A stretch of DNA of 64,000 bases from positions 2,443 to 66,442 of the forward strand of contig QIIW01000108.1 in NCBI GenBank assembly GCA_003231645.1. Direction: 5' to 3'. Source of the stretch: Acidimicrobiia bacterium. GTDB taxonomy: Bacteria > Actinomycetota > Acidimicrobiia > Acidimicrobiales > Aldehydirespiratoraceae. Positions 56,828 to 64,000 of the stretch are shown here, in pieces (position 1 is the first letter of the stretch; the number at the start of each line of letters is the position of its first letter). Both the position numbers and the translations under genes were made by a program. The notes under the pieces are model-generated. The model saw nothing but the letters and a program-made list of their open reading frames with translations, searched no databases and was not told where the DNA came from.

Positions 56828-57877
56828 TCAGTCGATGCGGTAGAACTCAGCGGCGTTGTCGGCGAACAGCTTCTGGCGGTCCGTCAAGGTGTAGTCACTC
56901 ACGATCTCGAAGTACGAGTGGTAGAGCATCTCGTAGCTGACCGACACCTTGTCCATCGGGAAGTTCGAGGCGAACATGCACCGCTCGACACCGAACGTCT
57001 CGATGCCGTAGCGGATGTGGGACCCGATGTCGTCGACCACCTGCTCGACCGAGTCCGGGCCTCCGGTCCGGTGGTAGCCGAACCCGAGGGTACACATCAG
57101 CAGGCCGCTCAACTTGAGGTGGACCTGGGGATGTTCGGCCAGGCGAGCCAGATCCTCGTACCAGTCGCGACGGATGGCGTCGCGCCGGCGAGGTGTCTCC
57201 CCGAGCCCACCGAATGGTCCGCCGAGCGCGATCGGAGTGCCCATGTGGTCGAGCACGACACGGGTGTCGGGAACCCGCTCGACCAGACGGGACAGGTCGC
57301 GCAGTTGATTGGAGTAGACCCACGCGTCGAAGCTGAGATCATGCTCGGCGAGCTTGCGGTAACCGGCCTCGAACTCCGGCGATGTGAGCGTGGCCTCGGA
57401 TTTCGCCCAGTTGTGGATCTTGTTGCTGGGATGGGCCGCAACCATGTCGCGTACGCCCGTGAAACGGTTGCTGGCGGCGGCGTGGGCGTCGAGTACGGCG
57501 TCGAGGTGCGCAGTGTCGCTCAACGACGCGTGGGCGACCAATGCCAGCGGCGGGTCATCGAGCGCGTCGACCCACCTGGTCTCCCCGACCGGACCCAGAG
57601 GACCCTTCTCCTCCCAACCGGCTTCGATGTGGACGTAGCCGTCAACGTCGTACCGGCCGGTGTCGCGGTGGAACGTCTCGGGCATGTGGGGATTGAGCAC
57701 GTAGCGGGAATCGCCCACGAATTCGACCAGTGCGTGAGGCATGAACAGCCGCACCGACCGGTCGAGTACGTTGGGCCACCGGCCCAGCAGTTTCACCATC
57801 GGACTCGCGGACCGAGGTGTGGTGAGCGGGTCCCAGATGTGGACGTGGGGGTCGATTATGCGCACCGGTTGACTCAT
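56828..57877 (-). CDS. Amidohydrolase_2 family protein (lactonase-like)
   Basis: IDPHVHIWD, VLDHMG, KLSG, FGVERCMFASNFPMD. Confidence 0.88.
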   Translation of the reverse strand: MSQPVRIIDPHVHIWDPLTTPRSASPMVKLLGRWPNVLDRSVRLFMPHALVEFVGDSRYVLNPHMPETFHRDTGRYDVDGYVHIEAGWEEKGPLGPVGETRWVDALDDPPLALVAHASLSDTAHLDAVLDAHAAASNRFTGVRDMVAAHPSNKIHNWAKSEATLTSPEFEAGYRKLAEHDLSFDAWVYSNQLRDLSRLVERVPDTRVVLDHMGTPIALGGPFGGLGETPRRRDAIRRDWYEDLARLAEHPQVHLKLSGLLMCTLGFGYHRTGGPDSVEQVVDDIGSHIRYGIETFGVERCMFASNFPMDKVSVSYEMLYHSYFEIVSDYTLTDRQKLFADNAAEFYRID

Positions 57878-57969
57878 GGTCCGACACTAGACCCGGTCCG
57901 TGCCGGGATCATTTCGGGTGGCGCGGCCGGCCGGGCCCGGAGATCGCACCGAGGCCATACTGTCGGGCC

Positions 57970-59097
57970 ATGCGTGAGATCCATTCCCTGGCCGAGTTCG
58001 ATGCCCGGATCGCCGGGCACGGCAACCTCGACGGAACCGTCATCCAAGGCATCGATCTGCGGGACCGCACCGACTCGATCATCTCCGTGACCTGCGCCGG
58101 AACGACCTTTCTCGGCGCGGCCATGACCGACGCGGCGCTGCGCCACGTACACGAGGCCGGCGCGATCGTGTTTCCCCGCTTCCGTGACCTGCCGTTCGAC
58201 CCGTACCGTCCGTGCCTCTACCGCCGGCGCGAACTGCTCCAAGGGTGGATTCCCGGAGACGTCACCGGCCGACACACCTTCGAGCAGGCACTCGACACTC
58301 GCATCTACCGCTGGGCCGCGCAATATCCGAGAGGCTCACATCTGCCCGTGGTCCACGCTCTGGCCCGACGTCTCCACGACCACGCCATCGACGACGCACT
58401 ACGCGACCACCTCGACACCCAACCGCGGGTGGTGGCGATCATGGGCGGCCACGGCCTCACCCGAGCCGAGGCGTCCTACCGGACCGTCGCCGAACTCGGC
58501 TGGTCACTGGCCCGCGGCGGCTACCACGTCGCCACCGGCGGGGGTCCCGGCGCCATGGAGGCCGCCAACCTGGGGGCGTGGCTGTCGCCCCGACCCGAGA
58601 CCGCGATCGACGAGGCCGTCGGGAGGTTGTCCGTCGCCGTCGATTTCGCCGATACCGACCCCTACCTGAGCGCCGGGCTGGAGGTTTGCGACGCCTTCGA
58701 CGATGGCGGCGAGAGCCTGGCCGTGCCCACCTGGTTCTACGGCCACGAACCCACCAACCAGTTCGCCACCCTCGTAGCAAAGTACTTCGCCAACTCGATC
58801 CGTGAGGACGGCCTGTTGGCGATCGCCAACCACGGTGTCGTGTTCGCCCCCGGGTCGGCCGGCACCGTGCAGGAGATCTTCCAGGACGCCACCCAGAACC
58901 ACTATGGCGTGTTCGGGGTCGTGAGCCCGATGGTCCTGCTCGGGCGCCGATACTGGGGGGACACCCTCCCGGCCGAGTGCCTGCTGCGCGACCTCGCCGT
59001 CGGACGCGACTACTCCGACATGATCACCACGGTCGACACCGCGGATGAGGCTGTACGTTGGATCGCGGACCATCCGCCGAAACCGGTGGACCTGTGA
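57970..59097 (+). CDS. LOG-like Rossmann-fold nucleotide-binding protein
   Basis: IMGGH, TGGGPGAMEAANLGA, PTWFYGHEP, KYFANSIREDGL, PGSAGTVQEIFQD. Confidence 0.87.
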   Translation: MREIHSLAEFDARIAGHGNLDGTVIQGIDLRDRTDSIISVTCAGTTFLGAAMTDAALRHVHEAGAIVFPRFRDLPFDPYRPCLYRRRELLQGWIPGDVTGRHTFEQALDTRIYRWAAQYPRGSHLPVVHALARRLHDHAIDDALRDHLDTQPRVVAIMGGHGLTRAEASYRTVAELGWSLARGGYHVATGGGPGAMEAANLGAWLSPRPETAIDEAVGRLSVAVDFADTDPYLSAGLEVCDAFDDGGESLAVPTWFYGHEPTNQFATLVAKYFANSIREDGLLAIANHGVVFAPGSAGTVQEIFQDATQNHYGVFGVVSPMVLLGRRYWGDTLPAECLLRDLAVGRDYSDMITTVDTADEAVRWIADHPPKPVDL

Positions 59098-59115
59098 CCC
59101 GAACAAAGGCCCGAC

Positions 59116-59625
59116 ATGCCCGACCCACAGCCTCCCGGACTTCTCGCCCTCAGGTTCCGTGAGCCGCTCATGGCCCAGGAATGTGTCCTGGCCATGGGTC
59201 GCCTCGCCAAGAATCATGTGATCGAGATCGACGACATCGCCGTGGTCAGCCACAAGGGCAGCCACACCCACATCCAGCAGACCCGTGACCTCAACACCGG
59301 GCAGGGCGCGAGCGCCGGTGGCTGGATCGGCGCTCTGGTCGGTATCGTCGGCGGCCCCCCGGGGATGATCGCCGGTGGTGCGCTCGGAGCCACCGTCGGT
59401 GCACTCTGGGCCAAGCTTCACGACGTCGGTATCGACGACCACCACATGAAGGAGATGGGCAGCCGCCTTCAGAGCGGTGAGTCGGTCGTGTTCATCTTGA
59501 TGAAGAGCCACGATGTGAGTGGGCTGGCGAAGGAACTCCGTCGATTCGACGCCGAAATCTTCGAATCGACCCTCACCGACACGGCCGACGAGATGATCCG
59601 CGAGAGTCTCACGGTCCAGATCTGA
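59116..59625 (+). CDS. DUF1269 glycine-zipper protein
   Basis: IEIDDIAVV, GASAGGWIGALVG...GALGA, DVGIDD, LQSGES. Confidence 0.8.
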   Translation: MPDPQPPGLLALRFREPLMAQECVLAMGRLAKNHVIEIDDIAVVSHKGSHTHIQQTRDLNTGQGASAGGWIGALVGIVGGPPGMIAGGALGATVGALWAKLHDVGIDDHHMKEMGSRLQSGESVVFILMKSHDVSGLAKELRRFDAEIFESTLTDTADEMIRESLTVQI

Positions 59626-59629
59626 GCGA

Positions 59630-61717
59630 TCAGGACCGGGGGGCGATGATGCACGGCCCGCCGTTGCAGGTGTCGATCACCACACCGTCTGGTTGCAGAA
59701 ACGCCGCTATCTGGTCGTAGGCCGCAGCGGCGCGTCTGACGTCTTCGTGGGGATCCTCGCCCACACTCGGCGGGGTGTTGGTGGTCGGCGCGATCGCCGC
59801 CCCACTGTCGAACATCACCGTGGCCGAGCCGCGGAACGGGTAGCTGTCGATTCGCGGGATGTTCCAGAAGGGCTCGACATCGAGCGTTCGGCCCTTGGCA
59901 TAGGCCGGCCAGTGGACCGATGCTCCCATGGAGCGGGCCATCACGTTGGCCGCGACATTGGTCACCTGGTGGTCTCCGAGCGCCAGTTGGAGCAGACCGA
60001 CCTTCTCGTTGACGCCCGGGAGCGGATTGGTGAAGTAGTTGACGTAGCCGTTGCCCTCACCGCGATCCCAGAGCATCTGGGCGGCGAGAAGCAGGATGGC
60101 CTGATCGAGCTTGTTGGGGTAGGCCGGATCGAGGACCAGCTGGAAGGTGTTGAAGTCGACGCTGCGATTGAGCAGTGTGCTGTAGTTCACACCGGGCACT
60201 CCGAACACGCCACGATCCCAGTCGAAGGACACGGCGGTGGTCACCGGCCCCATGATCCCGCCTTGTGAGATGCCGTAGTAGTAGAGCTGGTCGGTGTTGA
60301 GCAGCGGCCGGTCGTCGGCCGATCTGAAGGCCGGGTCGGCCACGAATCCCTCGGGATTCTTCATCAGCCGTCCCAGGAACAAGGTGTTGAGGTGACCCTG
60401 CAACAGCCGGTCGGCGAGCGTGTAGAAGCGGCTGAAATCGCTGAGCGCGGCGATGGCGTTGCCCGTATCGGGGTCGGCCATGCCGATCAGTCGGGTTCCA
60501 CAGATCACGTATCCGAAGTTGTCGGCGATCAGGGACGGACCGGCCGAGGTGACCTGGTCGATGTCGCCGAGCAGACCGTGCCCGTAGACCACGCCCGCAC
60601 CGGGTTTGTCGGGGGTGGTGGTGTCGCTGATCTGACAGCGATAGGAAGCGGTGAAGGTGCCGTTCTGGGTCGGGAGTTCGGCGCCGTCGATGAGATTGAG
60701 TCCCTGGCCGGGTGAGCCGTCGCCGGTCAGGTAGAGCGGCACTTCGTAGGTGCCTTCGATCACCCTGCGTTTGCGGTCGTCTTCACGCGTCACGGTGTCG
60801 ACCGTGAATTTCGGTGCGGCGTCGCCGAGCTGGGCGAAGGCGTCGTCGCGCATGGCGAGCAACGGGCCGGTGAGATTCTCGGTGGATATGACCGTGAAAT
60901 CCCAGGCAATCACGAGATCGTCGCGTGCCACGCCGGCTGCTTCGAGGTCGGAGAACACCTGCTCCATGGCCGGACGGCGGGCCTCGACCTCGGGCACGTT
61001 GCTCTTGAGCCGGTCGCGGTAGGCCCGGAACGCGTCGGTCGGTTCGATCGCATTGCCGTCCTTGTCCACGAGGTTGCGGATGCCAATCACGATGCGATCA
61101 CCGTTCGTGTAGTTCTTGGCCGGTCGAATGAACAGGCCGGGGTCCTCCCCCGGGGGTGCATTGGAGTCGATCTCGGCCCAATGGGGCCAACGTTCTCCGG
61201 TGGTGGCGTCGATCACCACGGTCACCGAGTCGGGCTCGAGCGACGCCGCGATGTTGGTGACCGGGGGCAGGTTCGACGCCACCGGGTCGAGCCCGGGAAT
61301 CAGTACCAGCCCGGCAGCGCCCGGACTGAAGCCGTCGTTGAGGTTGAAGTGGGCGGTGTCGACGTTCACCCCGTCGGAGTTGGCCGGCATGGAAGCGGTC
61401 GAGATGTTGACCCGCCGCCCCGTAGGTGTGGACGAGTCCGCGACCGTCATGTAGTCCGACGGGAACGGCAGCATGCAGCCATCACCGATGAACTCGCAGC
61501 GACCAGGGTTGTCGATGCTGAGCTCGATGGTGCCCGCGAACTCCGCTGTGGTCGTGGGCGGCGGCGAGGTGGTGGTGGTGGTGGTGGTCGGCGCCACCGT
61601 CGTGGTGGCCGCCGTCGTCGCCGGCACCGTCGTGGTCGGCGTGGCGCTCGATCCTCCGCTCGAACACGCCGTCACAAACAAGGCGAACGCCGCCACCACA
61701 ACCGAGATCCTTCGCAT
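59630..61717 (-). CDS. Large lipoprotein with alpha/beta-hydrolase-like domain
   Basis: Lipobox VTAC, Thr-rich linker, CMLPFPSD, DGFSP, YGHGLLG, YYGISQGGI nucleophile elbow, DPHE. Confidence 0.8.
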   Translation of the reverse strand: MRRISVVVAAFALFVTACSSGGSSATPTTTVPATTAATTTVAPTTTTTTTSPPPTTTAEFAGTIELSIDNPGRCEFIGDGCMLPFPSDYMTVADSSTPTGRRVNISTASMPANSDGVNVDTAHFNLNDGFSPGAAGLVLIPGLDPVASNLPPVTNIAASLEPDSVTVVIDATTGERWPHWAEIDSNAPPGEDPGLFIRPAKNYTNGDRIVIGIRNLVDKDGNAIEPTDAFRAYRDRLKSNVPEVEARRPAMEQVFSDLEAAGVARDDLVIAWDFTVISTENLTGPLLAMRDDAFAQLGDAAPKFTVDTVTREDDRKRRVIEGTYEVPLYLTGDGSPGQGLNLIDGAELPTQNGTFTASYRCQISDTTTPDKPGAGVVYGHGLLGDIDQVTSAGPSLIADNFGYVICGTRLIGMADPDTGNAIAALSDFSRFYTLADRLLQGHLNTLFLGRLMKNPEGFVADPAFRSADDRPLLNTDQLYYYGISQGGIMGPVTTAVSFDWDRGVFGVPGVNYSTLLNRSVDFNTFQLVLDPAYPNKLDQAILLLAAQMLWDRGEGNGYVNYFTNPLPGVNEKVGLLQLALGDHQVTNVAANVMARSMGASVHWPAYAKGRTLDVEPFWNIPRIDSYPFRGSATVMFDSGAAIAPTTNTPPSVGEDPHEDVRRAAAAYDQIAAFLQPDGVVIDTCNGGPCIIAPRS

Positions 61718-61954
61718 GGAACCCCCTCCATCGAACACGCGTACCGACAGGCCTATCGCTGATACGCACATCGACGCCAATCGGACGTCGGTCCCGCGGA
61801 GTCAGTGTCACGGAACTCGTCGACTTTGTGTCCACCGCAACGCCCCCACGCGTCCGGACCGGTGACCCGAACGAGGTCGTGAGGTATCTCCGATGTACCG
61901 ATGCGCCCGGCGCCAGTGGGAGGACAAGACGTGGTTTCGCTATTCTCTGCCCCC

Positions 61955-63526
61955 ATGGCATCCGACGGCGAACTCGTGCTGCGATACGTCGGGGGTGATC
62001 GCAACGCCCTCGGCGAGATCTACGAGCGCTATGCCGACCGGGTCCACGACCTGTGCCTGGCGATGCTGCACTCCCCCGACGATGCGGCCGACGCGTTCCA
62101 GGACACGTTTCTCGTCGCGGCCCGCCGTCTCAGCGGACTTCGCAGACCCGAGCGACTACGACCATGGCTCTATTCGGTGGCCCGCAACCAGTGCCGGGCT
62201 CGGCTCCGGGCGAGGAAACGAACCCGGCCCGAGGAGGATGCCGGCATCGACGTCGGGGTCGAGGTCGACATGACCGCCCGGGTGGCGAGCGCCGAGATCG
62301 TCCGGCTGGTGTCCGACGCACAGGCGGGACTCAACGATCGTGATCGGGAGGTCCTCGACCTTCACATGCGCCACGGCCTCGAGGGCGAGGACCTGGCCGA
62401 GGTTCTCGGTGTGTCGGTGCAGAGCGCCTACAAGCTCGTGCAGCGGGTGAGGAGCCGGGTCGAGAAGTCGATCGGATCACTACTGGTGGCCCGCCACGGT
62501 CGTAGGGACTGCCCCACCCTCGACCAGGTTCTTGCCGGATGGGATGGCAGATTCAGCCCGCTGATGCGCAAGCGGGTGTCCCGCCACATCGGCGACTGCG
62601 ATGTCTGCACCCGACGACGCAAGGCGCTCCTCGATCCGAGTGGCCTGGCGAGTGCCTCGCCGTTCACCCCCGCGCCCGAGGCGGTCCGCGGTGCCGTGCT
62701 CGGTTCGCTCATGGCGGGCACCGCCATAGCCCCCGCCCATGAGCCGGATTGGCGCGGCGACGGGTTCCCCTCGACCGGTGGACGAAGCGGCCGACGCCTG
62801 TCGCGCCTGGCCTTCGCGGGTGTGATCGGCGTGCTGATCCTGCTCGGCGGCGTGATCGGCAGCGTGGGGGCAAGTTTCATTGGCGGCCACGGCACGGCTG
62901 CACCCCCGACTGTCACCACCGCCATACCCGCACCGACCACCACGACAACCCCCACCACCACAGCCGCACCGACCACCACGACAACCACCGCCGCACCCGT
63001 GACGACCGCCGCCGCACCGACCACCACGACAACCACGACCCCCGACACCACAGCCGCACCGACCACCACGACCGGCGCACCCATCGCGGTCACCACGACC
63101 GCCGCACCGACCACCACGACAACCACGACCCCCGACACCACGGCACCCGTATTCGCCAATTCCCCCTCCACCGATGCCGGCACGATCTGGGAGGACTACC
63201 CCAAGGCCCAGTGCGGGTTCGGCATCACGGCCTCGTCCACGCCGCTTGTCACGGCCGACCTCACGGCCGACGTGAGCGACAACATCGGTATCTCCGCGGT
63301 ACAGGCCTCGTGGACGATCAACCGGATTCTCACGACCACCATCTTTTCCTACAGCAGTCCTGACGGCTTGTGGCACGGCGTGTTCGGCCCGTTCCCCAGC
63401 GGCACGGTCACCTCTCCCAACGGTGAGGTGGTGGTGATCACGGTCACCGCGTCAGACGCCGCCGGGAACTCGGCCCAACAGCAAGTGGCCGCAGGACGAG
63501 GAATCTTGCTCCTGCCGTGTCCGTAG
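61955..63526 (+). CDS. ECF sigma factor fused to Zn-finger, TM helix, Thr/Pro linker and extracellular beta-rich domain
   Basis: DAADAFQDTF, LRPWLYSVARN, region 4 LAEVLGVS, HIGDCDVC (HxxxCxxC), TM LAFAGVIGVLILLGGVIG, ITVTASDAAGN. Confidence 0.88.
   Translation: MASDGELVLRYVGGDRNALGEIYERYADRVHDLCLAMLHSPDDAADAFQDTFLVAARRLSGLRRPERLRPWLYSVARNQCRARLRARKRTRPEEDAGIDVGVEVDMTARVASAEIVRLVSDAQAGLNDRDREVLDLHMRHGLEGEDLAEVLGVSVQSAYKLVQRVRSRVEKSIGSLLVARHGRRDCPTLDQVLAGWDGRFSPLMRKRVSRHIGDCDVCTRRRKALLDPSGLASASPFTPAPEAVRGAVLGSLMAGTAIAPAHEPDWRGDGFPSTGGRSGRRLSRLAFAGVIGVLILLGGVIGSVGASFIGGHGTAAPPTVTTAIPAPTTTTTPTTTAAPTTTTTTAAPVTTAAAPTTTTTTTPDTTAAPTTTTGAPIAVTTTAAPTTTTTTTPDTTAPVFANSPSTDAGTIWEDYPKAQCGFGITASSTPLVTADLTADVSDNIGISAVQASWTINRILTTTIFSYSSPDGLWHGVFGPFPSGTVTSPNGEVVVITVTASDAAGNSAQQQVAAGRGILLLPCP
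62929..63146 (+). repeat. Imperfect Thr/Pro-coding repeats, including an about 43-bp exact duplication 90 bp apart
   Basis: ccgccgcaccgaccaccacgacaaccacgacccccgacaccac at about 63009 and 63099. Confidence 0.85.
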
Positions 63527-63578
63527 ACCCACCCGCCCGACCCGACGGGACCCAGGCCGGGCCTGAGACCGCCCCGAT

Positions 63579-63607
63579 TTGACACTCCGCCCGGGCAGGC
63601 TCACACT
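63579..63607 (+). promoter_or_regulatory. Putative housekeeping-sigma promoter
   Basis: TTGACA-N17-CACACT upstream of the gene at 63674. Confidence 0.5.
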
Positions 63608-63673
63608 CGGCATCACCGGCTGTTCTTTCCGGCTGATCAATGCGGGATCGGGGCCGGACCGGAGGAGGTCCGT

Positions 63674-64000
63674 ATGTCCAGGAATCGGTTTCTGTTGGTG
63701 GTCGGGGTACTGGGGGCCGCGGCGTTGAGCCTTGGCGGTTGCAGCAGCAGTTCCGCCAAGACCCCCAGCGTTTCAACCACATCCTCGTCGACCACACCCT
63801 CGGTCTCTGCGGCTTCCAACGGAACTACGTCGAAGAACACGAGCGGTACGCTCGCCGCCAACCCCTCGAGCACTGCGGGCACGTCAACCTCGACCACCAT
63901 GGCCGACGGTGCCGTAGCCCACGCCGGCGTCATCCCGTCAACCTCGACCACAACCAGCCCATCGACCGCCGCACCCGCACCCGCTGCGACTTACGTAATA
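63674..64000 (+). CDS. Lipoprotein with Ser/Thr-rich linker (partial, runs off the window)
   Basis: GGAGGAGG RBS; MSRNRFLLVVGVLGAAALSLGGC lipobox, then S/T-rich sequence with no stop. Confidence 0.8.
   Translation, partial: MSRNRFLLVVGVLGAAALSLGGCSSSSAKTPSVSTTSSSTTPSVSAASNGTTSKNTSGTLAANPSSTAGTSTSTTMADGAVAHAGVIPSTSTTTSPSTAAPAPAATYVI

Noticed and set aside
62929-63146. CRISPR-like repeat array (also considered for 45376-45428 and about 61550-61640)
   Set aside because: These are in-frame Thr/Pro/Ala linker repeats inside CDSs, with no unique spacers and no cas genes.
1-64000. Intact IS, integrase, prophage or rRNA
   Set aside because: No transposase, recombinase, phage structural or rRNA-like sequence was recognised anywhere in the window.

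Overview
High-GC actinobacterial chromosome segment; gene content (DUF3039, MMPL, F420-type LLM, DevR-like regulator, Thr/Pro-rich lipoproteins) suggests an Acidimicrobiia-like organism. It holds about 60 genes, mostly metabolic or housekeeping: acyl-CoA ligases, ABC transporters, several nucleotidases, a phnDCEE-like transporter, larCEB and two two-component systems. The standout locus is 8963-17790. A decayed tRNA-fMet-like 3' half and hairpin precede a CsoR-like operator, a 48-aa YHS/TRASH metal-binding protein missed by the ORF track, and a complex I-like operon nuoA-[nuoB/D fusion]-nuoH-J-K-L-M-N. In this operon the B/D fusion has no cysteines and lacks the quinone-site His motif, nuoC/E/F/G/I are absent, NuoH has lost acidic motifs, and NuoJ TM3 is extremely Met-rich. 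I infer a redox-cofactor-free, complex I-derived membrane machine that may be linked to copper. Other notable items are a decayed vapBC locus with a perfect 22-bp operator, larCEB without larA, head-to-head NT5C paralogs beside phnDCEE, a FixL-type PAS kinase paired with DevR, a divergent sigma-like gene with a PafBC-type promoter, a membrane-tethered ECF sigma factor, an AlkA homolog lacking its HhH motif and a flavodoxin remnant. All calls come from reading motifs by eye; no database searches were run.
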